From Gemmatimonadales bacterium (GTDB lineage Bacteria; Gemmatimonadota; Gemmatimonadetes; Gemmatimonadales; GWC2-71-9): a DNA stretch of 64,000 nt. A program made the translations under genes and the position numbers. Below the pieces are notes generated by a model. The model had not been told where the DNA came from and did no database searches. It saw nothing but the letters and a program-made list of their open reading frames with translations. The DNA lies in NCBI GenBank assembly GCA_041615815.1, contig JBFJCP010000001.1:32001-96000 (forward strand). The letters run 5' to 3'. Positions 10,751 through 20,415 of the stretch are shown piece by piece (position 1 is the first letter of the stretch; each line of letters starts with the position of its first letter).

Positions 10751-12196
10751 ATGCGTAAGGAGCAGGGGATAACGTCGCGCGCCGACGATTTCAGTGCTTG
10801 GTACAATGACGTGATCATGCGCGCGGAGCTGGCGGACTATTCGCCCGTTCGTGGCTGCATGGTGATTCGGCCACGCGGGTACAAGATCTGGGAGCTGATG
10901 CAGCGGGCGCTCGACGATATGTTCGCCGCCACTGGCCATCAGAACGCCTACTTCCCTCTGTTCATCCCGCAGAGTTTTCTCGCCAAGGAGGCGGAGCACG
11001 TCGAGGGGTTTTCTCCCCAGACCGCCGTGGTGACCCACGGGGGGGGCAAGGAGCTCGAGGAGCCACTGGTCATTCGACCAACGTCCGAGACCATCATTTA
11101 CGCGATGTTATCGAAGTGGGTGCAGAGTCACCGAGATCTTCCAGTGTTGCTGAATCAGTGGAACAACGTCGTGCGCTGGGAGCTCCGCACGCGACTGTTC
11201 TTGCGAACCACGGAGTTTCTCTGGCAGGAGGGGCACACGGCCCACGCCACCTCCGCCGAGGCGGAGGCTGAAGCGCGGCAAATGTTGGCGATCTATCGAC
11301 GATTCATGGAAGAGTGGATGGCGCTGCCCGTCATCACCGGCATCAAGACCGAATCAGAAAAGTTCGCAGGCGCCATCCGCACCCACGCGCTCGAGGGACT
11401 GATGCAGGACAATAAGGCGTTGCAGGCGGGCACCTCGCACTTCCTGGGTCAGAATTTCGCCAAGGCATTCGACGTGCGCTATCAAACCGAGCAGGGAGAT
11501 CTCGAGTACGTATGGAGCACGTCGTGGGGAGTCTCCACGCGCCTCGTGGGAGGACTGATTCTGACGCACAGCGACGATCGAGGTCTCGTCTGTCCGCCGC
11601 GACTCGCGCCCACACACGTCGTGATCGTCCCCATCTGGAAGTCCGATGACCAGCGTGCCGTCGTTTTGCGAGAGTCGACGCGTCTCCAAGATGAACTCCG
11701 GAAGGGGGCCTTGCGGGTCGAGTTGGACGATCGGGACGGCATGAAGCCCGGCGCCAAGTACTACCATTGGGAGGCACGCGGGGTGCCGGTGAGGATCGAG
11801 ATCGGTCCCCGCGACGTGGAGAATGAGCAGGTCATGCTGGCCCGGCGGACGGGTGGCAAGGCTGCCACGCCCCGACGTGGAGTGGTGGAAGCGGTGACGG
11901 GCGCGTTGGAGGAGATTCAGTCGACTCTCTTCGAGGCTGCCCGAGCCCGACGAGATGCCAACTCGATCCGTGGGGTGGATCGGGACGCCCTGACAGCATT
12001 TCTGAATGGACCCGGAGGTTTCGCCTACGGCGGGTTTTGTGGCAGCACGTCGTGTGAGAACGCGGTCAAGGACGAGACCAAGGCAACGATTCGCGTGCTT
12101 CCTGACGAGGAGTTCCGCTCCGAAAGCTCGCCGTCGGCGTGCGCGTGGTGCGGGGCACCGCCGAGTGCCGAGGCGGTATGGGCCAAGGCGTACTGA
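10751..12196 (+). CDS. proS: Proline--tRNA ligase, archaeal/eukaryote-like type
   Basis: IRPTSET, FLRTTEFLWQEGHT, QAGTSHFLGQNF, C-terminal Cys cluster and terminal Tyr (WAKAY); AAGGAG RBS. Confidence 0.97.
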   Translation: MRKEQGITSRADDFSAWYNDVIMRAELADYSPVRGCMVIRPRGYKIWELMQRALDDMFAATGHQNAYFPLFIPQSFLAKEAEHVEGFSPQTAVVTHGGGKELEEPLVIRPTSETIIYAMLSKWVQSHRDLPVLLNQWNNVVRWELRTRLFLRTTEFLWQEGHTAHATSAEAEAEARQMLAIYRRFMEEWMALPVITGIKTESEKFAGAIRTHALEGLMQDNKALQAGTSHFLGQNFAKAFDVRYQTEQGDLEYVWSTSWGVSTRLVGGLILTHSDDRGLVCPPRLAPTHVVIVPIWKSDDQRAVVLRESTRLQDELRKGALRVELDDRDGMKPGAKYYHWEARGVPVRIEIGPRDVENEQVMLARRTGGKAATPRRGVVEAVTGALEEIQSTLFEAARARRDANSIRGVDRDALTAFLNGPGGFAYGGFCGSTSCENAVKDETKATIRVLPDEEFRSESSPSACAWCGAPPSAEAVWAKAY

Positions 12197-13434
12197 CGCG
12201 GGTGGACCTGCTCCAGCGTATTGCGGACGTCGTCGACACGCCGGTGTACGTGTACGACGCGGATGTGATTCGTCGTCGCTACCGCGAGTTGGAAGTTGCC
12301 TTTGCGGCGTTGCCGCACCGCATCTGCTACTCCATCAAGGCTAACAGCAACGGTGCGGTTCTCGCACTGCTCAAGGAACTGGGCGCGGGAGCTGACATCG
12401 TTTCCGGCGGGGAGCTGGCCCGCGCGCTCCGAGCAGGGTTTGCTCCCGAGAGCATTGTCTTCAGTGGTGTCGGCAAGCGCCCCCGGGAGCTCCGTGCAGC
12501 GCTGCATGCCGGGGTTGGCTTGATCAACATCGAATCGGCGGGAGAGCTCGACACGCTGCAAGATTTGGCAGAGCGATCCGGGCAAGTGGCTCGGTTTGGC
12601 ATCCGGGTGAACCCAGACGTCACGGCCGAGACGCATCCCTACACGCAGACCGCTGGTAGGGGGATCAAGTTCGGCGTTCCCTTGGATCAGGTGGTGCCGC
12701 TCGCTGTATGCAGTCGCAACAGCCAAAAGCTCCGATTGACCAGCATCGGCATGCATATCGGGTCCCAGATTTCGGATCCAGAACACTTCCGCCGGGGTGC
12801 CGAGACGATGGCCGAACTGGTGGAGACGATGCAAAGCGCGGGCATCGACGGTCTGGAGTCGGTGGATGTGGGTGGTGGGCTGGCGATTCAGTACGAAGAT
12901 GGACCGGCGCTGACGGCCACGGCGTTCGCCGACGCCGTCCGGCCGCTCGTCGAACGGACTGCGTTGCCGCTCGTGCTGGAACCCGGACGATTCTTGGTTG
13001 GCGCGGCCGGAGTTCTTCTCATGCGGTGCCTCTATCGAAAGCACTCGGGAGGGAAGGACCTCGCCGTTGTTGACGCCGGTATGAACGACTTACTGCGCCC
13101 GAGTCTCTACCAGGCGCGGCACGAGATCCGTGTCGTGGTGCCCGGCACTGCCGCAGAGGTGCATTCGGACGGCCCCGTGGACGTCGTGGGTCCGCTGTGC
13201 GAGTCGGGTGATTTCTTGGGGCGAGACCGCTACCTCCCAGGGCTCGAACCTGGGGCGCTCTTGGCAGTCCATGGGGCGGGGGCATACGGTTTCACCATGA
13301 GCTCCACGTACAATTCGCGCCCTCGACCGGCAGAGGTGCTCGTGGATGGTGGGCGGTGGGCAGTGGTCCGGTCCCGGGAATCCGTCGAGGATCTGTGGCG
13401 CGGCGAGCAGGACCAGCTCGAGTGGACCACATAA
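12178..13434 (+). CDS. lysA: Diaminopimelate decarboxylase
   Basis: TPVYVYD, YSIKAN, HIGSQI, EPGRFLV, GPLCESGD, GAYGFTMSSTYNSRPR. Confidence 0.96.
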   Translation: MGQGVLTRVDLLQRIADVVDTPVYVYDADVIRRRYRELEVAFAALPHRICYSIKANSNGAVLALLKELGAGADIVSGGELARALRAGFAPESIVFSGVGKRPRELRAALHAGVGLINIESAGELDTLQDLAERSGQVARFGIRVNPDVTAETHPYTQTAGRGIKFGVPLDQVVPLAVCSRNSQKLRLTSIGMHIGSQISDPEHFRRGAETMAELVETMQSAGIDGLESVDVGGGLAIQYEDGPALTATAFADAVRPLVERTALPLVLEPGRFLVGAAGVLLMRCLYRKHSGGKDLAVVDAGMNDLLRPSLYQARHEIRVVVPGTAAEVHSDGPVDVVGPLCESGDFLGRDRYLPGLEPGALLAVHGAGAYGFTMSSTYNSRPRPAEVLVDGGRWAVVRSRESVEDLWRGEQDQLEWTT

Positions 13435-13437
13435 GCC

Positions 13438-14994
13438 ATGAGCGATCTCCGCAGTGGGATTTTGATTCTCGACTACGGCAGTCAGTACACCCAGCTCATC
13501 GCGCGCCGGATTCGCGAAGCACACGTGTACAGCGAGATCCACCCACCGACGTGCAGGTCCGCGTGGATCGCCGCGCAGCGGCCGAAGGGAATCGTCTTGT
13601 CGGGCGGACCCGGCTCGGTGTACGACACGGATGCCCCCAAGCTCGATCCGGCAATCCTCGCGCTGGGTATTCCGGTCCTCGGCGTCTGTTACGGTATGCA
13701 GCTTATTGCCCAGCACACCGGTGGTCAGGTCGCGCGCACCGGCCTCCGCGAGTATGGCCGGGCGGAGGTTTGCGTGGCGGCCACCGATGGGCTCTTCGCG
13801 GGCTTCGACCCCGGCGAACGGGTGGCTGTCTGGATGAGCCACGGCGACAGCGTGCGGGAACTTGGTCCAGGATTCGAGATCATTGCCGCGAGCGAGAGCA
13901 GCCCCGTCGCGGCTTTCGCGCAGCCGGACCGGCAGCTGGTGGGCGTGCAGTTTCATCCCGAGGTGGTGCACACGCCACGGGGCACCGAGATCCTCGCCAA
14001 CTTCTTGTTTGGTGTTTGCCGCTGCGTCGCTGATTGGACGGCGGGACACTTCATCGAGGAACACGTCCGCGGCATCGCGGAGCAAGTGGGTGACGGCCGC
14101 GCCATTTGTGGCCTCTCGGGCGGCGTCGACTCTGCGGTTGCCGCGGTGCTCGTACACCGTGCGCTGGGCGATCGCTTGAGCTGCATCTTCGTGGACCATG
14201 GTCTGCTCCGATTGCACGAGCGCCAACAGGTGGAGCGTGTGTTTCGCGCGCATCTCAAGATGGACCTGCGAGTCGTGGATGCCGCAGACCGGTTTATCAG
14301 TCGCCTCGGCGGGATCGGGGATCCCGAGGAGAAGCGCCGTATCATTGGGCACACCTTCATCGACGTGTTCGAGGAAGCCGCGGCGGATGTGGGCAGGGAC
14401 GTCAAATACCTGGTGCAAGGCACGCTCTATCCGGACGTCATCGAGTCCGTCTCGCCACAGGGCGGACCCTCCGCCACGATCAAGACGCACCACAACGTCG
14501 GTGGCCTTAGGCCCGATCTCCCCTTCGAGCTCATTGAGCCACTGCGGGAGTTGTTCAAGGACGAGGTTCGGCAGGTGGGGCGCGAACTCGGGCTACCGGA
14601 GAGCATCGTGGGCCGACATCCATTTCCAGGACCAGGGCTAGCCATCCGCATCCTCGGGCCCGTGACCCGAGACGGCCTCGAGATGTTGCGCCAGGCTGAC
14701 GCGATCTACATCGAGGAGATTCAAGAGGCTGGGTTGTACGATGATATCTGGCAGGCGTTTGCGCTGCTGCTACCGGTCCGGGCCGTGGGCGTCATGGGGG
14801 ATGCTCGCACGTACGAGAACGTCGTGGCGTTGCGGGCCGTCACGAGCGTGGACGGGATGACGGCGGATTGGTTCTCCTTCCCGCACGACGTGTTGGGGCG
14901 TATGGCGAATCGCATCATCAACGAGGTCGCCGGGGTCAACCGCGTCGTGTACGACGTCAGCTCCAAGCCTCCCGCGACGATCGAATGGGAGTAA
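13438..14994 (+). CDS. guaA: GMP synthase (glutamine-hydrolysing)
   Basis: [43 protein letters not shown]. Confidence 0.98.
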   Translation: MSDLRSGILILDYGSQYTQLIARRIREAHVYSEIHPPTCRSAWIAAQRPKGIVLSGGPGSVYDTDAPKLDPAILALGIPVLGVCYGMQLIAQHTGGQVARTGLREYGRAEVCVAATDGLFAGFDPGERVAVWMSHGDSVRELGPGFEIIAASESSPVAAFAQPDRQLVGVQFHPEVVHTPRGTEILANFLFGVCRCVADWTAGHFIEEHVRGIAEQVGDGRAICGLSGGVDSAVAAVLVHRALGDRLSCIFVDHGLLRLHERQQVERVFRAHLKMDLRVVDAADRFISRLGGIGDPEEKRRIIGHTFIDVFEEAAADVGRDVKYLVQGTLYPDVIESVSPQGGPSATIKTHHNVGGLRPDLPFELIEPLRELFKDEVRQVGRELGLPESIVGRHPFPGPGLAIRILGPVTRDGLEMLRQADAIYIEEIQEAGLYDDIWQAFALLLPVRAVGVMGDARTYENVVALRAVTSVDGMTADWFSFPHDVLGRMANRIINEVAGVNRVVYDVSSKPPATIEWE

Positions 14995-15005
14995 TGGCGC
15001 AGAGG

Positions 15006-15458
15006 CTAGAGGTTCTTCTCTTCTAGAAGCTCGAGAAACTCCTCCGGTCGTTCCAGCTTGGTGAGGCGCTCCGGTACGTCCGGCTCCTTGGCGAACTGGG
15101 CGATCTTGCCGAGCACCGGAAGGTACTGATTGGAGACCTCCAGGGGCGGCGCGACAATCAGGAAGAAATGATGCACCGGCTTGTTGTCGATGGCTCGAAA
15201 ATCGAGCCCTTCGCGTTTCCGACCGAACGCGACCCGGAGCCGGTTCACCACCAGGGATCGGCAGTGGGGGATGGCGATGCCCCGTCCAATGCCGGTGGAC
15301 CCGAGGTTCTCGCGCCGTTTCACGATCTTGAAGAGGGTCTGCTCGGCGTCGGGACTGAGTGCGAGCAACGCGATGAGCTCTCGCAGAATCTCGTCCTTGG
15401 TCTCGCCCTCGAGTGCGACGCTAATGGCGTCCGGCGAAAAGAAATCTTTGAGGTGCAT
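15006..15458 (-). CDS. PTS IIA domain protein (PtsN/fructose-mannitol IIA family)
   Basis: RENLGSTGIGRGIAIPHCR phospho-His motif; start ATG 15458. Confidence 0.92.
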   Translation of the reverse strand: MHLKDFFSPDAISVALEGETKDEILRELIALLALSPDAEQTLFKIVKRRENLGSTGIGRGIAIPHCRSLVVNRLRVAFGRKREGLDFRAIDNKPVHHFFLIVAPPLEVSNQYLPVLGKIAQFAKEPDVPERLTKLERPEEFLELLEEKNL

Positions 15459-15489
15459 ATGGGAAGTCGAGTCGGTGTGAGCCGCGCGT

Positions 15490-15518
15490 AACGTAAAGAG
15501 CTCCCTCCCCACTGTCAA
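15490..15518 (-). promoter_or_regulatory. Putative sigma70 promoter of the PTS IIA gene
   Basis: TTGACA-N17-TACGTT on the minus strand. Confidence 0.6.
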
Positions 15519-15563
15519 ACGCCGGTTGCCCCCCACTGGGGGACCGGTTATATGTTCGCCACC

Positions 15564-16547
15564 ATGCGATTCCCGTATCCCGTCTCCCACCGGGTCCCCC
15601 TGTTCCTCGCGCCCATGGCTGGCGTGTCAGAGCCACCGTTCCGGCGGCTTTGTCGCGCGTTCGGTGCGGACGTGGTCGTGTCGGAGTTCCTGTCATGCGA
15701 GGGGCTCCGCCGCGGGATCAAGAGCGTGCACGACGGGGCGTACTTCACGCCGGAAGAACGGCCCATCGGGATCCAACTCTATGGAGCGGATCCCGTAGGC
15801 ATGGCCGAAGCCGCGGCACTGGTGACGGAGCATTACGCCCCCGATTTCGTGGACATCAACTTTGGGTGTCCTGTGAAGAAGGTCGTCAAGCGCAACGGCG
15901 GGTCCGGATGTCTCAGGGACCTGGATCTGGTCGCGCGGATCATCCGCGCCGTTCGGGGCGCCACGCATCTCCCGGTCACCGCGAAGATCAGGAGCGGCTG
16001 GGATGAATCGTTGCGTGATCCCGTCCAGATCGGGCTGCGGTGCCAGGACGCAGGGGCAGCGGTATTGACGCTCCATCCACGCACGCGCGCACAGATGTAT
16101 GCGGGGCGGGCGCAGTGGGACGAGATTGCCGCCGTCAAGGATGCACTGGACATTCCGGTGGTCGGCAATGGTGATGTGAAGACGGCGGACGACGCGGTAC
16201 GGCTGCAGCGAGAAACGGGCTGCGACGGCATCATGGTGGCCCGGGGTTCGTTTGGGAACCCCTGGATCTTCCAGCAGGCGAGAGCCGTGTTGGACGGTGC
16301 GATCCCGCGAGGGGAGCCGGGTCCAGCGGAGCGCTTTGCGGTTGCGCTGCACCACGCCAGACTGCAGGCGGCGATCCAAGGGGACACGCGGCGGACCGCC
16401 GTGGAATTTCGGAAGCATTTGGGGTGGTACGTGCGGGGCCTTCCCAGGGCGGCGGACCTGCGGCGTCGCCTGCACCAGGTAGAATCGATGGCCGAGGTTG
16501 AGCGGATCTTTCGCGATCACCTCGAGCCCGCCGCTGCGGTCGGGTGA
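15564..16547 (+). CDS. dusB: tRNA-dihydrouridine synthase B family
   Basis: LAPMAG, DINFGCP, KIRSGWD, LHPRTR, GNGDV, RKHLGWY. Confidence 0.94.
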   Translation: MRFPYPVSHRVPLFLAPMAGVSEPPFRRLCRAFGADVVVSEFLSCEGLRRGIKSVHDGAYFTPEERPIGIQLYGADPVGMAEAAALVTEHYAPDFVDINFGCPVKKVVKRNGGSGCLRDLDLVARIIRAVRGATHLPVTAKIRSGWDESLRDPVQIGLRCQDAGAAVLTLHPRTRAQMYAGRAQWDEIAAVKDALDIPVVGNGDVKTADDAVRLQRETGCDGIMVARGSFGNPWIFQQARAVLDGAIPRGEPGPAERFAVALHHARLQAAIQGDTRRTAVEFRKHLGWYVRGLPRAADLRRRLHQVESMAEVERIFRDHLEPAAAVG

Positions 16548-17299
16548 CCGAAGAGCGCCTCGCCGAACTCCTCCAGCAGGTCGCGAGCGGCGCCGTGCCC
16601 GCCCGTGCAGCCCTCGATCAACTACGTCGTTTTCCCGTGGAAGACCTCTCGTACGCCCAGATTGACCACGCGCGGTCGCTCATTCAAGGCTTTCCGGAGG
16701 TGGTGCTTTGCGATGGGAAGACCGTCGATCAGGTGGTGGGAATCTGCCAGGTGCTGGAGCGCTCCGGAGGGTCGTTTCTCGCCACGCGAGCGGGTCCACC
16801 CATCCAGGACGCGCTGCAGACAGCATTTCCAGCCGCAACGGTCAACGGGCTGGCGCGGACGGTCCATCTGGAGCCCGCCCCCGCTCCTGCGCCTACCGGT
16901 CGCGGAACCATCTTGGTGGTGAGTGCCGGGACCAGTGACCTGCCCGTGGCAGAAGAAGCGGTCGTCGTTGCTCGCGTCATGCGCAACGAGGTGTGTACGC
17001 TCTACGATGTGGGTGTCGCAGGCATTCACCGCCTGTTGCGGCAGACGGCGATGCTGGATCGAGCATCGGTGATCATCGTAGTAGCCGGCATGGACGGCGC
17101 ATTGGCGAGTGTTGTGGGAGGGATGGTGCGGGTACCAGTGATCGCGGTGCCCACGAGTGTGGGCTACGGCGCGGCGTTCGGGGGCGTATCCGCATTGTTG
17201 GCGATGCTCAATTCTTGTGCCTCGGGGATCACTGTCGTGAACATCGACAACGGATTCGGCGCAGCGGCGGCGGCGTCGCGAATCAACCACATGGGGTGA
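16544..17299 (+). CDS. larB: Nickel pincer cofactor biosynthesis protein LarB (PurE-like)
   Basis: GFPEVVLCDGKT, AGTSDLPVAEEA, DVGVAGIHRL, PTSVGYG, VVNIDNGFGA. Confidence 0.93.
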   Translation: MTEERLAELLQQVASGAVPARAALDQLRRFPVEDLSYAQIDHARSLIQGFPEVVLCDGKTVDQVVGICQVLERSGGSFLATRAGPPIQDALQTAFPAATVNGLARTVHLEPAPAPAPTGRGTILVVSAGTSDLPVAEEAVVVARVMRNEVCTLYDVGVAGIHRLLRQTAMLDRASVIIVVAGMDGALASVVGGMVRVPVIAVPTSVGYGAAFGGVSALLAMLNSCASGITVVNIDNGFGAAAAASRINHMG

Positions 17300-18732
17300 C
17301 TGGACTCCTCTGGCTCCTCGCGGGATTCCTCGGTGGCACCGGGACGACGCTCGCCGTGCGACGTTGGAAGTCACGTAGTGGGCGGATCACGCCGCCCCGT
17401 GAGTTTCCTGCCCATGCACCTCATGTGATCGACCTGCTGCGCCGCGCGCACGACGGGGCCGTCGCCTGCATTGTGCGCGCCGAAGCCGACCCGTTGGTGG
17501 CAAGACGAGAGGAACGCGCGGAGCCAGCGGTCGTCGAGCGGGTCGTGGCGGCGGCGAAGCTGGCGCTTGGCGATGGACGTGAGCACGTGCTTCGCAATGG
17601 GGACGTGGTCGTGGCGGTGGGCGACGGGGATTTGGGGGGCGCGCTCGGTTTCCCGAGCGCGGACGTGCATGCGGACCGCCTGCGGGCCGTGGGACGCGAA
17701 CTGCGACAACTGCTTGGCGAGCTCCGAGTCGGTAGGGCGGAACCCGGGGGCCTGCGAAGCGCGAATCGCCAAGTCTCGGATTGGTTGGCGGTGGCCCCCC
17801 ACACCGTGGCCGGCGTGGCGCACGCGCTGTGCGAAGCGGTGCAGGCCACCACCGGGCGCACGGCGGCCGTGGCGTTGCGAGATCAACTCACGCAAACCAC
17901 GATGGTCACAGCCGTGTCGCACGGGGGCGATCGGATGCTCTTTGGGCTCGCCGCCACCGCCGACTCGGCGGCGGGGCGCGCCTGTGCCGGGGATATCCCG
18001 GTGGTCGGCCCGACGTTACAGGACCTGTTCGGTCAGCGCCGGACCGATCGCCGAATGCGTCAAATGGGCGGCACGGCATTCCCGTTGCGTGACGGTCGCG
18101 AGGCGGTGGGGGCACTCGTGGTCTTCGGGATTGGGGCTGAGGGTCTCGATGCGGCCGTGATGGAGCGGCTCATGTGGCTCACCGTCGATGCCGGCCCTCG
18201 GCTCGCCAGCGCGCTGGCCGTCCGGGCCGCGGAGACCAAGGCGTTGACGGACGCGCTCACGGGCTTGCCCAATCGGCGAGCGTTGGACCACGCCATGGCC
18301 AAATGGGCCGGTGGCTCCGGCGCCTTACTGTGCGTCGACATCGATCATTTCAAGCAGTTCAACGATGGATACGGGCACGTCGCCGGGGACGCAGCCCTGA
18401 AACATGTGGCCCAGGTGTTCCGGCGCACCCTGCGGGAGCACGATCTTGCGGCCCGCGTCGGGGGCGAAGAGTTCGCGCTTTGGTTGCCCGACACTCCGCT
18501 CCACCGGGCCCTGGAGGTGGCCGAACGCGTGCGTCAACACGTGGCATCCGCGGCGCTGCACTGGAACGGCACGGACCTCAAAATCACGTGTTCGGTGGGT
18601 GTGGCGGCGATGCCGGACAGCGTGGCCCGACTCGAGAACCTCTACGGCGCGGCGGACGCAGCCCTCTATCAGGCGAAGCGAGGGGGACGAAACCGGGTCC
18701 AGGCGTCGCTCCGTCGCGGTGGTGCCAGTTGA
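17296..18732 (+). CDS. Diguanylate cyclase (N-terminal TM, GAF-like region, GGDEF)
   Basis: TDALTGLPNRR, DIDHFKQFNDGYGHVAGD, I-site REHD, GGEEF, ADAALYQAK; GTG 17296 overlaps the larB stop. Confidence 0.92.
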   Translation: MTGLLWLLAGFLGGTGTTLAVRRWKSRSGRITPPREFPAHAPHVIDLLRRAHDGAVACIVRAEADPLVARREERAEPAVVERVVAAAKLALGDGREHVLRNGDVVVAVGDGDLGGALGFPSADVHADRLRAVGRELRQLLGELRVGRAEPGGLRSANRQVSDWLAVAPHTVAGVAHALCEAVQATTGRTAAVALRDQLTQTTMVTAVSHGGDRMLFGLAATADSAAGRACAGDIPVVGPTLQDLFGQRRTDRRMRQMGGTAFPLRDGREAVGALVVFGIGAEGLDAAVMERLMWLTVDAGPRLASALAVRAAETKALTDALTGLPNRRALDHAMAKWAGGSGALLCVDIDHFKQFNDGYGHVAGDAALKHVAQVFRRTLREHDLAARVGGEEFALWLPDTPLHRALEVAERVRQHVASAALHWNGTDLKITCSVGVAAMPDSVARLENLYGAADAALYQAKRGGRNRVQASLRRGGAS

Positions 18733-18758
18733 CCGCCGAACGGGGTGGTCTCTATCTT
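18729..18758 (+). promoter_or_regulatory. Putative ssrA promoter
   Basis: TTGACC-N18-TATCTT ending 20 nt upstream of the tmRNA 5' end. Confidence 0.5.
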
Positions 18759-18778
18759 TCGGAGTGCCATATTGGATA

Positions 18779-19133
18779 GGGGGCGATTGGCTTCGACGGG
18801 TCTTGTGAGGATCCCGCAGCGTGCCCAGGTTCCCGGTTCCCTGGTGAAACCACTGGGAAAAACACACAACTGCCAACACTGAATTGGCTCTGGCTGCGTA
18901 AGCTTCGCGCTGCGCACCTGTTCGCGTGACTGCTCGCCCGAAGCGGGCCGCGGACATCGATAAGTCGGGCTAACGGACGGTGTCGCTTCCGCGCCGAACG
19001 TGAGCTGTCAGGAAGCTCATCCATCAGTTGGGCGGCTTCGCCCCTGCTGCTGGAGACATCAATGCGAAGCCTACGCACGTAGACGCGGTTTTGGATCGAG
19101 GTTCGGACCGGGGTTCGATTCCCCGCGCCTCCA
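18779..19133 (+). ncRNA. ssrA: tmRNA; tag reading frame (A)ANTELALAA* at 18872-18901
   Basis: GGGGGCG/CGCCTCC acceptor stem with G3-U wobble, 5' TTCGACGGG, T-arm GGGTTCGATTCCC, 355 nt long, tag ending LAA-stop. Confidence 0.97.
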
Positions 19134-19137
19134 TCAT

Positions 19138-19173
19138 GGGACCCGGGCGTTCACCACCCGGGTCTCAGTTTTT
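19138..19173 (+). terminator. Rho-independent terminator downstream of ssrA
   Basis: GGGACCCGGGCG-TTCAC-CACCCGGGTCTC hairpin followed by AGTTTTT; overlaps the stop codon of the convergent gene. Confidence 0.7.
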
Positions 19174-20013
19174 AAGGACCGGACGCCGCGTCCACACGAG
19201 GATGACGCCGCAACGGGCGTAGAGGCCACCAAACTCCGGAGGCACCTCGGTAGCACGGCGGTAGATCTCAATGCCCTCGATGTCGGTGGGTCCGACCTGA
19301 TCCAACACTTCGTCAGCCCGCCCAAACTTGATGCCATCCACATACAGAAGCGGCGAACACCGCAGGGGCGAGTCGCCGACGATCTGGTGCGCGCCGTCCT
19401 CACCAAGGCTGAGAGGCCCGACGTTCACCCGTGCGAGCTCGGTCCCAAACCGCACGGTGCTCTCGATATCGCTCCGACGGATCACACGCACGTCCGGAAG
19501 CCCGTGGAGCAGATCGCTGATCCGCCGCGCCCCCCGCTTCTGAATCTCGTCTCGCGTGAAGAAGATGCCCCACCCCCGGTCCAGCCGCTCATAGAACCCG
19601 GACAAGACCCCCGCCGGCGCCCCGGCCTCGCCCGCAATGGTCACGGCGGGGAGGGTGTAGATGCGTCGGGGAACATGGAGGTCCAGCTGGAGCGTCTGTC
19701 CGCGGGGCAGGGGAAACGGATCGGAGAGGAAGGGTCCGTACCCACCAGACTGGACCTGGAGCGTGTAAATACCCGCCACGGGCGCCAGCAGGGCGTAGGC
19801 GCCCGTGGAGTCGCTTACCCCCGCCCGGCTCACGGTGCCTGCCGTGTCGACCAGGAGCACGAACACGCCGGCCACGGGGGCCATGGGGGTGCCAGAGACC
19901 ACGAAACCCCGGACCGCCTGGGCCGGCAGCGGAGCCGGGAGCACGGCCAAGGCGACGACCAGAAGCGCTGGGGCCGTGCGCAGAAGTCCGGCGGGAAGAC
20001 GTCTCAAGTGCAT
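19165..20013 (-). CDS. Exported protein with a carboxypeptidase-regulatory-like domain and a TonB-receptor plug-like domain, no barrel
   Basis: Signal peptide (LPA-Q), VRGFVV..SDSTGAYAL..GIYTL, TRDEI..ISDLL, PLLYVDG, IEGIEIY, CGVILVWTR. Confidence 0.75.
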   Translation of the reverse strand: MHLRRLPAGLLRTAPALLVVALAVLPAPLPAQAVRGFVVSGTPMAPVAGVFVLLVDTAGTVSRAGVSDSTGAYALLAPVAGIYTLQVQSGGYGPFLSDPFPLPRGQTLQLDLHVPRRIYTLPAVTIAGEAGAPAGVLSGFYERLDRGWGIFFTRDEIQKRGARRISDLLHGLPDVRVIRRSDIESTVRFGTELARVNVGPLSLGEDGAHQIVGDSPLRCSPLLYVDGIKFGRADEVLDQVGPTDIEGIEIYRRATEVPPEFGGLYARCGVILVWTRRPVLKN

Positions 20014-20415
20014 AATCGGGTCGCCACGGACGAGTAGGAGCGGGGATGGCACTCGCCGGCGGACGCATAGGAATATAGGACGAGATACCGAGTGAAGCCC
20101 TCTTTTGTTTCTCGGTCGTGGCCGGCGGTCAGGGCAGCTGCAAGAATGGCCACGGAACCGATGCGCGCCTTCCAGAGAACCTCGGCTTCGCCAGCCCCGC
20201 TCGGTTAGCTGCCTTTCAACATGCAGTGTGGAGAAAGGTGCAGTCTGTAATACGTTTTCTTTGCGTTACTTGGAAGATCCACTTCAAGCGGTGCCTGAGA
20301 TCGGGGGGAAAACCGAGGCCAGGTGTGCGGGGTGCGCTCGCGACTCTGCTGGAATGCGTTCCGTCTGTCCCGATGGCAGGTGCCTGGGCGTTGCGGTTCG
20401 CGACGGGACGGTACC

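Noticed and set aside
17296..18732. GGDEF as a Hypr-type cGAMP synthase partnering the RxxQ HD-GYP
   Set aside because: It retains the canonical Asp in GHVAGD, where Hypr enzymes have Ser/Thr, so it is predicted to be an ordinary diguanylate cyclase
19000..20037. 345-aa + strand ORF overlapping the tmRNA
   Set aside because: It runs through the tmRNA and its terminator, is antisense to a recognisable gene and has no motifs
19134..20415. Integrated element or prophage at the ssrA 3' end
   Set aside because: No integrase or transposase; the only att-like echo (GCGCGCCTTCCA near 20163) is short and imperfect
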